Assembly: GCA_964252035.1 (NCBI GenBank)
Contig: OZ176201.1
DNA length: 64,000 nt
Source: Podarcis erhardii
Lineage: Eukaryota
Direction: 5' to 3' (one strand)
The translations under genes were made by a program, and so were the position numbers. Below the pieces are notes generated by a model that searched no databases, was not told the origin of the DNA, and saw only the letters and a list, made by a program, of their open reading frames with translations. Within the stretch, counting starts at the first letter, position 1. Each line of letters begins with the position of its first letter. Of this stretch, positions 13,345 to 27,031 are shown piece by piece.

Positions 13345-16300
13345 ACCAGGCCAGTTCTAGACAGTAATCTGACAACAACATTTTGAGTCAGCTGAAGCTT
13401 CTGCATCTTTTTCTGCAGCAGCCCACTTGTTCTACATTACAGTAGTCCTGTCTAGATGTTACTAAAATGTGAATGACTTGCTAGAACAGCTTTCTTTAGG
13501 GAAGTTAGGTCGAAGGCGCTCCTAGTCATACAGCCACCTAATTAAGCTCACCAGTTCTAATGCTGGCATTTTACGTGCAAGAGTAAATTGGAACAAAAGC
13601 ACTAGGTTCAGCCATTTAAAAATAAAAGGCAAAAAGACAGTCTATGACTCGGCAGCACAGCATGTCATTCGTTGAGTTTTGGTTTTTTTAGGATGCAGGC
13701 TAAAGGCATTCAAATAAACACACAACCTGCCTTTTATGTAAAATGTTATGTGGCAATTTGAGGTGTCTCACCTAACTTGGTCGATGCAGTTGTTGGCCAA
13801 TCACAACTACCTTTTTTGCGGGCACTTCCATGGGCACTGCCCTAATGCAGCAACGATGGAGGCATATATAAAGGTAAGGGATGCACACAGCATCTGGCAG
13901 AAACACTGCAGTGATAAGTCAGAATTAAGGAGTGAATGGACTACTTATCCCAAATGAGCCAAGGAAGCTGCCCCAAAGACCTTATCTGAGAGGCACCTGG
14001 AGGCTCTTTTACAGCAAAAGGCAACATATTATAACAAATATGGTTGCCCTCTAAACTAGAGAAATAGTAGAAGGAGCTACAATAGAAAATCTGCTCTACA
14101 TACCTTCACATACCTCCTTCCTTTTGAGCTCTGAGACTGTCAAATCAGATTTTTATTTTTTTTTAATATAACATAGAATTCTTTCCCCTTTCATCAATGA
14201 TTAGCAGCATTTACTGAAATCCCTGCTCCCCTTGGAATGCATGCCTGTCTAAACCTTTCAGGCTTGCCTGCATGGCTGCTAAATAGCTCTGTAAAAAAAG
14301 AGCTTTGTTGTTTGGTAAGGAACTGTGGAGTGGCACACCTGCTACTGATGGAAGCTGTTCTAATGGTCAAGCAGGGCTGGAAAAAACCCAGACACTTTGA
14401 TTGCCCAGGATCCTAACTTCTGATGCCACCACTAGCAATTTTCTGTATTCAGCTCTGTGCAAGACTGATTCCTAGAAATTTAATACTCCCCCCCCCCGAA
14501 CTGGTCAGGTACCCCCCAGCCCTGAAAGAGATCTCTGGATGATGTGATTATTTATTTATTTGTTTATTTATTTATTTATTGCCCCAGTTGCCTTTAGGTC
14601 AAAACAGCAAGCTATCCTAATGTGGTTGCAAGGCAAGTTGTCTCCATTGCATGCAGCAATTGAAGAAAGGTGTACCAGATATGGAGAGTGTAGCTTGAGG
14701 CTGCTTCATTAGCAAAGTGAGGTGCTTAGCAGCCTCACCCACCATTCAGGAGTGATCTTTGGGGTGACTAGTGGTGATCTTTCCCTCCCTTTCCCTTTCT
14801 ACCCTGGCCTCTTTTGGTAAGCATGAGAGTGAATATTGGACTGCTTGTCGTCTTCTGTTAGTGCTTAAACAGTACAGGTTTAAGTTTAGGTAAGATAGGG
14901 TTTGGAGAGTTCCTAGACAGGATATATTTAGAGATTCTTCTGCTTGTTTACAGTGTTAAATATATGTTGTTGTAGGAGTGATCTGGGAGGGAAAAAGTAC
15001 CTGTCCTTTCAAGATCATAGGAAGATGCAGACCTTTTTTATATATAGATCAGGCTATTCATCCAACGAGAGTAGTATGTCTCCTCTTGACTGTCATTGAC
15101 AGGGTCTTTTCAACTGCCTTTTGAACATGGGACCCTCTCAGATGTTTTGCTAGAAGTACAGTACACTGTAGTGGCAACATCCAATTGGGAGCAGCTGCTG
15201 AACAGCTATGGCCTGAGAGTTGTGGGCATGTTACACTTACTGTACAGAGACCACTTGAAATGGTCTCTTGGTACTGCTGGGAAGGTGTGGAGCGTCTTCA
15301 CATTAGCCACAGCCAGGAATGTGTTTTACATGTTACAACAGCAGGGCTAAGCAATCACATGGAGCCCACTTCCTAGTAAAAATGCAATGTCTAGACCCGC
15401 TGTGAAGAAAAGGGAAAAGGAGCATGAGTATTAGAAAGAACCACACAGGCCTCTTCTGAACCCAATATGCCAATCCAATGTAATGAGCATTGCTGTCCAG
15501 GACTCATTGGCTTCCCTGATGACGCCTGCATGTACCATGATGCATCATGACATGCATGTTCCAGAAGACAGGGCAAAATGATATGAAACCAGAGTGTTCC
15601 CCCCCTCCTGTGTTTGCATGTACTTCCTGTGAGGAAGGAGATCAGTGTGGGGACTTAGTAGGGAGAATATTTTTATTGGAAGGGCAGCACAAAGGTGGGA
15701 AGAAATTAAAAGATGGGGCAAGCTTCCCATTCCCTCTGTAACTGGTGGGCTTCAAGGCTTTTTTTCAACATGGACATCTCTGTTAAAGTCTTTTGACAAT
15801 GGGGCTATTTAATCCTCAATCTGGTGGCGATTAATTTTGCAGCCAGAGTCCAGACCACACTGGATATAATGAGGGGAGAGTTTGGAAGCTTGCTTAAATG
15901 GCTGTGAGGACATTGTTTCTGCCGTTTGCAGGTCCCCTTTCTCTCCCTTTGGCTTAATAAAAACCACTCTCATCCACAACTTACTGTTATCAGGTTGTTG
16001 GTGGAAAGTAATTAAATGAGCAGTTGTAACAGAGCTCAAAGGGCCTGCAGAATGAGGGGATTTTAATCAAATCTGGAGGAGCAATTAATAAAGAGCTTGT
16101 AGCCCTTTAAGGCAGACTCCTGCTGTCAGATTAAGAAGAAAATGGGTTATGACCAGTGTCTGGAACAAGGACAGGGCAATGCAGATGCCCCCAATATTTT
16201 TTTCTTAAACTAGGTTTCAACCGGCTGTGTGATGATTATCTTCAAGAGGGTGGTAGGTAGCTAGGGACGGAGATGCCTGAATGAGAGAGTTCTATGCCTT

Positions 16301-18923
16301 TTCACTGTTTGAAACTAGGTTTTGAATGCTGTACCTAAATCGGATGAGCTATCCAGCATGGCATATGACCCACCAAGTCAAATACTGCTCAACAGCCCTG
16401 CGTAACAATCCACCTGGCACTTCATTCTTGCCTGTCTAGACCCTGGAGGGAGGAATCAGCTGATTGTAGATGAACAGGTTGTTCCTCACCAGTTCCTTTT
16501 CTGATGGGTGCTTTGTGCAGTGCCATTCTTTTATCCTAGGCTTTGCTAGCCTGGTGCTCTCTATACGTTTTAAACTATAGCTCTCATCAGCTCCTGTCAG
16601 CTTGGTCAAGGTTTTAGGGCCCTCCAACAACCTCTGGAGGGCAGAGCACCCGGTTGGGGAAGCCCAGCTTATTCCATCACAGATGCTGTATAAAAGGAAG
16701 CTCAGTCTACTGTTCCTGGAGACCTCTGTGCTGATCATAGTAGCATAATAACAAACAGAAGATTAAAGTAACTCATCTGTCTTGGAAGCCAGTATAGTCT
16801 GTGCTGTAACTCCTTGAAGCTAGAGGGCAGCACAGAGGTTTAAGTGATGCCTTATGTACACTAAGATCCCAGGTAAACGAAAACTGTGAACCACAATGCC
16901 AGCTTGTGGCCCTGCACTTGCTGTGTTTGTGTATGCTTGTCGATAAGTTCTTTTCCAGCTGAGAAGAGGAACAATTTCTGCAGCTTTGAAAATACAGTCT
17001 GGGTGACTTCTGTTTTTGGTGTGGAGTTTTTGTTTTTGTTTTTGGTCTTGTTCTTGGATCATGATTCATCTTGTTCTGATCCATTTCTCTGCTTGGGTAA
17101 TTAAACCCACATAGATGCTGATCCATTCATATTCTCCCATGAATCACACTTAGAAGGTACCCCGTTGATATTTAGTATTAAAATTCAGCAAGTGCCCTAT
17201 TGCCCAGAAGCCAGCTTTCATTCCATATTTCTGCTGGCTGTCAAGACTATTGAGATCAGTAGCAGGCAAGAGTGCTGTGATAGAGATAGAGCTCAAGAGA
17301 GGGGTGTTGGTCTTCAGTGTAGTGTTCTCTCTTGTACACACAAATCTACATGCACAGAAGGCAGATCTCAGCCTCCACTGGGTAGCTGGAGGTTTTCATA
17401 GCCACAGGGTCAACTTCAAGAGGGGAAATTAGGGGAAGGGAAGATTGCACTCGAGTTCAAAAGCCATCTGTAGGCAGAACTTAAAAGCAGCTTTGTTAGT
17501 AAGTAGAGGAAGGGGCTTTGCCTCCTGAATGTCCCACACTGAAATGCAGGGGCTTGGTGGTAGAATCAAGAATAGTTCCATTCTTCCACAACCAGTCTGC
17601 TGCATTTGTATGCTTGTGAAGGACGAAGGTGAACAAGTTGGGGAAGGAGGGGCATAGCTTGGAGATGGTCAGTTTCCCAAATATGCCATTTGAAGGTGGG
17701 GAACATTTATGCTACCCGGCTCCCATTGTGTTGGTTTTGGACAAAATGGCTGTATAATGGCTAAGGAATGACACACATATTGAATATTACCATCCTGAGA
17801 GAGAGGCCTGAGACAGATTGCTGTAGTCCTGTCCCATGGAACCTTGAAGCCCTCTTCTCATGACACGCTCAGGGTGAGTGGGTGCATATACAAGGGAACA
17901 GGATCATAACTCCGGGCCCCACCTCCCATCTGTGCTTCGTAGATACACAGCCTGGAGTATTTCTGTGCGTAGAACAGATTTGCAGCACCTCCTTTTAGCC
18001 CTGTTCCCAGGCTCCCGCTGTTTCCTTCCTCCCCCTTCGAAGCTGCCATGGCAGATTTTGCTTCTCAGCAGATGTTCAAAGAGGCTGCTCTGTAGTGGGG
18101 TCTGGACTAATAGCCCCCGTGCTTAATTTCCTAGGCACAGGGATGCCTCTGGGGAATGGAGAGGGACTTGAAAGCTTAAGAGCAGGCCTCTGCATCCCCC
18201 CCTTTCCCCCTGCTCTGATCACCAGCCTCAAAGAAATAGCAGGACGCCTCAGTTAACACTGGGCTTAGAAAGAGCCTTGGGCTTTGACCTATATTTTGTT
18301 GACCCTTTCATGGCTACTGATGGTGTTTGGGTTTTTAATGTGGTGATAGCAAGGCATGGGATCTGGGGAAATTATTTTAATCCATGATCAAAGCGTGGCT
18401 CCTGCTCTTCTGTTTCTTCCTCCCCTTCCTCCACCACATGCACAGAAACAGCAGGGTCCTTGTGAGGTTTCCCAAATCTTTTGTTGCCCTTCCCACCTTC
18501 CATTGTACCTGTAATTTAGCTCTTTGTAACATTTGGAGCTTCCTTTTTTGCCCATTCGTGGTCCTACACCTTTAGTAATTTCAGTATGAGCTCCTTCAAG
18601 ACAGCAACCTCTGAATATGCAGTTCTACAGATATCTAACTATTCTGGATTTCTGCCAGTTTTGTATCATTGTATGCTTTGTGCCAATTAAAAAGTTGTGA
18701 CTATGCCATACTCACCAACAGCAGAGGCAGCCAACATAGTGCCCTCCAGATATTGTTGGACTACAATTCCTATCGTCCTGAAGATTTTCAGCCAAGCTGA
18801 CGGGATGTGTGTGTGATGGGAATCGTAGAGAAGGGACAAAGTTTCATACAGATGACAAAGGCTTGAGTAGCCTGGAATTTCCTGATAGGAAAAATAATTT
18901 AACTGCCTGTCCTTATCCCTCAG

Positions 18924-19024
18924 GTGACCCGTGTGCCAGTGGAGAGTTGTGAGCAATATACAACCTGTGCGCTATGTCTGGGCTCTAGGGACCCTCACTG
19001 TGGCTGGTGTGTCCTGCACAACAT
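18924..19024 (+). CDS. PLXNA1: Plexin A1 coding exon (101 nt, phase 0/2), PSI1: [33 protein letters not shown](I)
   Basis: Acceptor ccttatccctcag|GTG, donor CAT|gtaagt; PSI motif C..C..C..DPHCGWC. Confidence 0.96.
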
Positions 19025-19602
19025 GTAAGTACTCAATGCCCTCTTCATATCCCTACAAGACTGACAATTGCAGGAAGCCTTCTTTCTTACTCCTTGAATG
19101 CTTCTGAAGCTGCATTAGCAGGAGCTGGTAGCTAAGTTACAACTGCTGTTTTAACATCCTTTAATATGAATTATGTGCATTTGACAGAACACAAAAGTGA
19201 CATAGTTCCTGCCCAGGACACTTACAGTCTGCATGAAATGGACAGGATAGGAATTGGGAGAGATTGGGGAGAGATAAGTGAGAATTGGAGATGAGGGAGA
19301 GGGAGGGGATAATTCAGGCATAGCAAACAACATTGCAGATGGCACAGGGTAGGGAGTAGACAAAGGTGGCAATATGAACTGGCAAGAGGTGAGCTTGTAC
19401 GGAGTATATTTGTCATGGTGGCTATCCATGTTCCAAAGCAGTATATGCCACTGAATACCAGCTGTTGGAAAGCAGCAGCAGGAGAGGGTAGTTTTCTTGA
19501 AGCTCTGTGTGCGGGTTTCCTGGAGGCTCCTGATTAACCACTGTAGGAAGAAGAACACTGGACTAAATTGGCTTTTGGTCTGGCCTGTTCCACTAGAGGT
19601 AA

Positions 19603-19880
19603 TAAGAACATAAGAAGAGCCTGCTGTATTAGGCCAGTGACCCATCTAGTCCAGCATCCTGTTCTCACAGTGACCAACTAGATGGCTGTGGGAAACCTGC
19701 AAGCAGCATTCGAGAGCACTCTCCCCTCCTGGAGCTTCCAGCAAGTGGTATTCAGAAGTATTGCTGTCTCCAGCTGTGAAGGCAGAGCATAACCATCACG
19801 GCTAGTAGCCATGGATAGCTCTCTCCTCCATGAATTTGTCTAATCCTATTTTAAGACATCTAAGCTGGTGGCCAGGACTG
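19603..19880 (-). mobile_element. CR1 LINE 3' fragment
   Basis: taagaacataagaagagcctgctg..cccatctagtccagcatcctg matches the reverse-complemented 3' end of a reptile CR1. Confidence 0.7.
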
Positions 19881-19964
19881 CCATGATCTTCTTGCAGAAT
19901 TCCAAAAGGCAGATTTTGCCTTAATCAGGAACTCACCAAGATGTGTTTTTTTTTTGGGGGGGGG

Positions 19965-20125
19965 GGGAGCCACTGTCTCTTACCCTTGGTTGACCTGACA
20001 CACCCACACCCTGTCTGCAGTATGTGGAAAATTATACTCATCTACCTCACAGGATTGTTCTCAGGATTACTGTGATAATGTATGTGAAGTGCTTTTAGCG
20101 CTCATAAGAAGTGCTATAATTATGA
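19965..20125 (+). mobile_element. MIR-like SINE (core and tail)
   Basis: ctacctcacaggattgttctcaggattactgtgataatgtatgtgaagtgctt resembles the MIR core. Confidence 0.6.
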
Positions 20126-21939
20126 TTCTGTGATAAGGCATGACATATTTCCTACAAGGAGATTATCTCTTTATAGGAAAATCCATGTATATCATTGTGT
20201 GAGGTATGGTGTGATCATTGTATTTTTAAAAATACTTTTATGAATGCCACGGGTTGAAGAAGCTGCTATCTCTACTGACTTCCCAACCTGTATAATAAAC
20301 ATTCATGACATGCTTTAAATATGCAAGGGGGAAGTGTGTCTGATGTGGCTCATGGTTTGGTTTAAGCCTGAGGACTAGAAACCTTGTGAAGAGATTACTA
20401 ATAACTTTTGCAAGATATAATGAAAATAGATAAATTTTGGATCTGAAGCTCTTCTGTGACTTTCCATTTCTGGGCTCAACATATAATTCTGCAAAAACCA
20501 TTATTCCCGGCCTGCAGTTTTCTCTCATTCACTTATCTTCTGAAGTCTGCCCCCACTCCTCTCTCCTGCAGCTTTGAGTATCTTTGCCACAGATGCACTA
20601 TTGGCGAATTAGCTGCTTTGCTTGGGTGACTAGTCTTGTAGAGGTCTCAACCTGGAATCTCATGACTTGAAGGGAGGGGAGCGGCAAAAAGTCCAGCTCA
20701 GCAGATTTCACACTGACTGTACCAGTGTCTAATAGCAGTGTCCATTGCAGCTTCCAGTAGAGTGCCTTTCTTACCCTGCTGAGCTGCCACGAACCTTAAT
20801 GTGGAACTGGACACTGCAGGAGACCAAGAAGTGAATTGGCTAGTCTTTGGCAGTCTGCACCAGGCAGGGGCAAGTGGGCCTTATCTGTCCAGCGTTGCCT
20901 CTACAGTCCATCTTACATGCTGCAGAGCTGATTGACAGCAGCCTGCTCCAAGCTACCAGTTGTCTAGTGCACACACACATACGTGTGTGTGTCTGCACAC
21001 ATGTACGCATTCTGAATATCAGGCATGTAGGGTGGTTTGAGATCTAAAAATGCAGCTTCCTGTCCTGAAAAGCAGCAGGAATCTTTCCCGCTCAAAGCAT
21101 AGATGGACAAAAGCCATGCATTCAAAAGAGAACTGCTCATGTATATCATTGTCCAGCCTTTTTGTGAGAGACAGCATCATCTTAAGAGCGTTGTGTGTGT
21201 TTTAGTAAAAAACCTGCTCTGAGTCCATTGAATGGCATGAAACAGAAGGCGACCATTCAAGTCCATCAGCCCTTGGATTTGAAAACATCTTATTCTTGTC
21301 TTGCCTGTAGTTCAGAGGGAAACTTATTCAAATCTCCTTTAAACACATACCTACTTCTTGGCATGAAATGCCAAGGTTTCTGGCACTGGAATGTTTCTAG
21401 CTATGATGGCTGACAGCACCTAGCTGCAGATGCCACACTGCTCCCTGTTTGTCAGATGAGGAGAGAAGTCAAGGACTCTAGAGATTATTCCCTTTGACAA
21501 CTGCCCTGATCTGCGGAGATCTGGAGAGGCTGTCTTTCTTCAGAACTGCAACCCAGGACCATCTGGCGAGCTGATAATACCTTAGGAATGAATAGTAAGG
21601 AGTAATCCTGTTTTAGTTAGCTTGAGAAAGAGAATATGGGGGCTCTGTATCTCTAAATATTAACATGCAGTATGTCCCTTGCAGACCAACATCTATATAC
21701 TAAACCCTCTCTCTCATTCTCTCCCTTTCCTAATATTTGGTCCTCTTCTGAAAATGGCTTGCGCTTGCCATTTAGCTCCCTGCTAGTGTTCTAATTTGGC
21801 CTGCGACCCAAAGGCCCTTAAACCTAGCAAATGGGCCTCCCCACATGGGAGCAGAGTTGCAACTTGGAATAGAAGGAATGAAACATCAAGGAAAAGGCGT
21901 GGGGGAGGAGACGTTTCCTCTGGGCTAGAGGGAAAAACC

Positions 21940-22280
21940 TCCTCGGAAGCCGCAAAGCCCTGACTGTTTAGCCATGTGGAGCATTTTAATTAAACTCAGA
22001 AACATCTCTTTCCCTGAAGCACCTTGGGGAGATGGGTGGGATGCAGAAGTGGTTCAGGAACTCCACAGCGCGATGTCATGCTGGCACTTGCTCAGGAGAT
22101 AAATCACCAAGATTACCGGGACCTTGAAAGGCGCATGTGTATCTGCTCTTCTGTATTGCCCTCCGCTTAATTAAAATGCTTTTCCGTAATGAAATAATGT
22201 TATCGCAGATGCAGGGAGGAGAAATGAAGGAAACTCGTTTAAACTCATTAAATGGAGGCAGCGTTACCTGGATAGAACAG
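21940..22280. promoter_or_regulatory. Candidate intronic enhancer / conserved non-coding element
   Basis: About 11 CpGs; TTAATTAA at 21986 and 22167; no recognisable TE. Confidence 0.35.
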
Positions 22281-22524
22281 TGCTCTGGGGGCAGGGGAGT
22301 GCCACTCTCCCCCCCCCACCCCACCCTTGTAGTAAAGCAAGTGGGATGTAGGATGGCTTCCCATAGGGCAGAAAGGAAAGTGAAGCAGAACTTCATCTAG
22401 GATAAATTAATGCAAGGGATTAGAAGTGCATGGAGCCAGGGTGGTGTAGCCTGTTAGTGGGAGAGCCCTGTGATAAGCAGATTTGAACATACAAATGCAC
22501 AGGTACCTGCTTACATCTCTGGCA

Positions 22525-22765
22525 TACAGTAGTGGTTGAGAGCCTGAGCTATAAATTAGGAAGTCCCTGGTTTGAATCTCACCCCTAGGTGGCCTTAGGC
22601 AATCCAGTCACAGCCTCAGTTTTTCTGCCCCCCCCCCCCCATCTACAGTATGGGAGATATCAATACTGGCTTATCCTACAGGTTTATTGTAAGGGTTACC
22701 GCTGGAAAACGTATGCGAAGTGCTCTGAATACCTGCAAGTACCATACAAATGCTTATTATTGTTA
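22525..22765 (+). mobile_element. MIR-like SINE
   Basis: agtggttgagagc..ggtttgaatctcacc..gcctcagttttt..catctacagtatgggagat..gtgctctgaatac..aaatgcttattatt. Confidence 0.65.
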
Positions 22766-24058
22766 TCAGGCCTTTAAGTGTTCTGAATAGGTTTTTAGTT
22801 TAGTTTATTGTGTTAGCTAAAGGCCTTAATAACCAGCATAGAATTCAGCTGCTATATGCAGATGAAACAGATATCTCATAACAGTGCTGTCCAAATAAAA
22901 ACAATGTCCATTTTAACTAATTCAGTTTGGACCAGAGAAATCAGTATTTCAAGTCATTGGAGGGGGGCAGGGGAAAGAATATAAATAGTGATAAAAGTTC
23001 AAGAATAATGTGGTTTTTAAAAAGACTTGGTTTATGAAGAAAAGGGAACCAAAGCCTTTCAATTACCTGAGGCCAGAAGAGCAAAGCTGCCGCTTTTCCA
23101 ACAATTTAATTGCAGTAATATGCAGATCTCATAACTAGATAATAGCTTTCTGACAGCAGAGAGAACTTTTTCTGATGCCATTGATATGTTATACTTTTTC
23201 ACCCCACCACCAAGATTAATTTTCATAGTGGAAAAAGTAATGTGTAAAATAACCTTCAGATGCCCAGTTTTTATTATTCAGATATGTTTTGAGACATTGA
23301 AGTACAATAGCGAACCGCTATTATACTGCCCTGCAACTAAACAAGATGTTTCTTTGTAGTGTTAGAACCTGCTTCAAGCACCAGAATACGATATAGAAAT
23401 AAGAAGCTAAATTGCATGAGAGAGATGCTTACAGCAGGGATCACCAACATAGTGCCTGTGAATGAGCCTGCAGAAGACTTCCCTGGCGTCCACCAGAGCC
23501 TCCCACCCACCCCAGCTGAAGTTCAGCTTGAAAGAAGCATTCTGTTCTGTTGTGGCCAATAGAATAGGTTGCACCTTTGTCTCATTTCTTTAATGTAATC
23601 ATAGACCCGAACAAATTAAAAGCAACGACCATAAAATAAAATGGGTTGTGATGCATATATAGATATATGATGCAATATGTCAGGAATATTAAAATGTGGA
23701 AATTAAAAGCAAGTCAAAAGGAATGTTATAAATAAATAACATAACATAACCAAATTAAAAACTGTAACAGCAGCTGTACAGGATAGGTTTAATCAGGGGA
23801 GATTCTGCAGGCAGAAGGAGAAAACTAGTCATAATCCCTGTGGCTGGAAATCTTGAGAGGATCTTGAGAAAATAGGAGTAACCAATCTAATTTGGTCGTT
23901 AGAAGAGGCTGCTATTGTGTGGCACCCAGAAACGTTTGCAAAAAATAGGTAGCAAAGGAGCAAAGAGAGAACTTGGGGTGTTGAAGTAACACACACGTTG
24001 CTGCTCATAACCTAAAACCACAACAGTGTAATGGATGCTGCCTTCTGCTTCCCCACAG

Positions 24059-24182
24059 CTGCTCACGGAAGGACCGATGTGAAAGAGCTGATGAACCTCA
24101 GCGCTTTGCTTCAGATCTACGCCAGTGCGTCCAGCTCACCATCCAGCCCAAGAACATATCGGTCACCATGTCAGAAGTCCCG
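24059..24182 (+). CDS. PLXNA1: Plexin A1 coding exon (124 nt, phase 2/0): [41 protein letters not shown]
   Basis: Acceptor cttccccacag|C, donor CCG|gtaggt; the split codon AT+C gives Ile and keeps the frame. Confidence 0.96.
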
Positions 24183-24382
24183 GTAGGTGGCTTAGCTTCA
24201 CTTTGGTTGGCCTTGCTTAATACCAGTACATTTCTTTAGGATGTTGAGTCCGTCTGGAACAGTCTGGGCTTGGGAGAAGGTGCACTATGTGGTCTTTGTT
24301 CTTAGATCTTTTGTCTTAATGAACCATGGAGCAGGTGTTCGCTTGTTTTCTGTGTGTGACATTCTCCTTCCTGTTGTCTCAG

Positions 24383-24536
24383 CTGGTTCTGCAGGCCCGG
24401 AATGTCCCTGATCTCTCTGCTGGTGTGAACTGCTCATTTGAAGATTTTACAGAGTCTGAAAGTCGCATTGAAGATGGCAAGATCTACTGTAGTTCTCCTT
24501 CTGCAAAAGATGTCATCCCTATTACCAGAGGGCGAG
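24383..24536 (+). CDS. PLXNA1: Plexin A1 coding exon (154 nt, phase 0/1), IPT1: [51 protein letters not shown](G)
   Basis: Acceptor ttcctgttgtctcag|CTG, donor GAG|gtgagt; follows a 200-nt intron; overlaps ORF 24326..24631. Confidence 0.96.
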
Positions 24537-26257
24537 GTGAGTTTGGGGTTTCTTGTCAGCTTGCACCAATGGAATCCAGAGCAAAAGTTCTGGGGGGTAG
24601 GATATTTGATTACATACTTCAGAGAACATGAGTTTCCAAAAATCAAAACAAAAACAACCCCATTTGAGTAACACAATAGCTGAGCTAATATCTCTCAGTT
24701 TATTTATTGCCATGATGTAAGATGCTATGGATTATCCAGGTTATTTTTAAACCTGTTTGCTGCTGTGGGAAGGCTCTTTCTACTGTGCTTGTGTATGTGA
24801 TTTTGAGAGTATTCATATCCTATAATGCTGAGGGGGAATTGTAAGTTGTAGGCACCTTGGGGTGCACTTCCCCCTCCATTGGTATTTGTAGAGTGAAAAT
24901 AGACATTAACTTCCCTTGAAGGAGCTGAAGTGGCACAAAGGAGGAGCCATCTGCATCCTCTGCAGTGCGGTTGAATCTGGTATAAAGGCTTTCGCTCTGG
25001 ACAGCCAAGAATGTGAACTATGCAAAAGTATTTTTCTCTTTCTGTCTCCGCATGGAAGGCAGGCAGTCTAGACCTTTGTGCCATGGTAGGCTGTCCTTTG
25101 CTCAGTTCAGATAGCATGTCATATTTGAGGCACAGAGGAGTTCAAAATACCAATATCTATACCTCCTGTGAGAAGGATCAACATATTTGTGAGCAGGAGA
25201 GCAGAGACTGAGGCAGAGAATTTGAAGAAAGGAGAAGAAAGGGAGAAAGAAGGCAAATGACTGAAATGGGTGCATTTACAGAGTGGCAGGGAATATATTG
25301 TTACTATTCTATTTAGTAAGGAATGTATGTGCTACCCTTGGCCAAGGTGATTTACATGTCCTCACCATGGTTCGAAACTCCCACTGTTCTAGGCACATTT
25401 TGCGACAGGGAATTTCATTAGCGCGAGTAGTTTCTGAGCTCTGGGCGCAGTACTATGCCTAAGATTTCAGATTAAAACTGCAGAGTGGAAGGAGAGGAGG
25501 ACTTTTTTCTACCTCACCACATCCAGCTGCTCTCTGAAGACTGGAGAAGAGACCCTCTTAAGAATATTAGGGGGACGGGCAAGGGAAAGACTAGACCGTG
25601 TGAGAAATGAACATAATATTTTAGCTACAGTTCATTCATTTTCAGCTTTGTATTCTTGTTACAAAAAAGCATGCCTAGACATTCCGTTGTTGTGCCCATA
25701 ACCTAGGCTTAAGGTGCCATTTAGCTCCTAGCTTTCATATCTCAGTTTCTAACACTGGTTCTCACTATAACTGGGGATAGCAACATGAGACTGGTCCAGT
25801 GGTTTGCTTGGGCTGATTGCTGAGTAAGGCATAATTGTTACACACCTCCTAGATTCCTGGCCTCAAAATGATCGATAACCTACTGGTTTCCCAATAATTC
25901 CACAAGAGGCTCCTAAATTTGACAAAGTCAGATTCCCTCCTTACCTGTGGAGGTAGTAGAAAGCCAAATGTTAACTCTGAACTAGGCAGTTGGAGGCCTC
26001 TGGTACTCTTCTCCCACCTGTCATTTTACTTACATTCGGAGCAAGATCACCTATCCTCTGCTAGATTTTTAGTGCAGGTCAATCACACTTCTCTTCAACA
26101 TCAATAAACTAGTGTTTTTGTCTGCTAACTAGGATTCATTGGAACTGCCCCTCAGCTCAAACAAAGTCACTGCAAGCCTCACTCATTTGCGTGCTGCCAA
26201 ACCCTGCACTCTGTTTTCCCAGATGCCCATGCTGCTATTTCTCTCTTTAATATCTGA

Positions 26258-26386
<129 letters not shown>

Positions 26387-26767
26387 TAAGTGATATAAAA
26401 CAACTTCCCCTCCTCTGGTTTTTGAGCTTATTCTGGGAGAAAGCTGCAAATAGCATGTGGCAGACATAATAAAACTGGGGAGAAAGGCAGATGTGTGCAG
26501 TGTAAAATCTTGTTAAATACAGAGGGGGGTATTTGGGGGTTGCCACACTTATTGTAAGGAAAGCCAAGCCACCTTGCCTTGCTGTTAAAGTTTGCTTTGG
26601 GCAAGAAGCTGCTTGGGCATCAGAAACCACATCAAGCTGAGAGGATTATCCTTTTTTTTGTCTTGGTGAAAAGAAACTGCACTGTGTTCATTGACTACTG
26701 GTGTAAGAAATGGTTTAGTCAGGAGCATCTGAGTAAACAGGTTTAGCATAATTGCTGGACCTCAATG

Positions 26768-26769
<2 letters not shown>

Positions 26770-26805
<36 letters not shown>
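26770..26805. repeat. (TG)18 microsatellite
   Basis: Direct count. Confidence 0.95.
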
Positions 26806-26809
<4 letters not shown>

Positions 26810-26888
26810 GCTCTGCTTGCCAATTGGAAGTGTAATTTCGCCTGCAGAACCTTATTTATGAATTCTTACCCATGAGGAGAACTTGGGT

Positions 26889-27031
26889 ATCTCCAGTTGA
26901 AAGGATCAAATAACAGTTGGAGTGAAAGACTTCTTCCAGGGACCTTAGAGACCCCCTGCCTCTCAGATTAGACATTACTGGGCTAGATGAGCAAAGTGTC
27001 TGGCCTGCTAGAAAGCAGCTTCCTATGTTTC
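26889..27031 (+). mobile_element. tRNA-derived SINE fragment (Squam3-like)
   Basis: Body similar to 3203-3395, ending gcagcttcctatgttt. Confidence 0.55.

Noticed and set aside
24537-24631. Read-through of the IPT1 exon into the intron as a secreted truncated plexin
   Set aside because: There is a strong GTGAGT donor and no AATAAA/ATTAAA shortly after the stop; a 31-codon extension is expected by chance.
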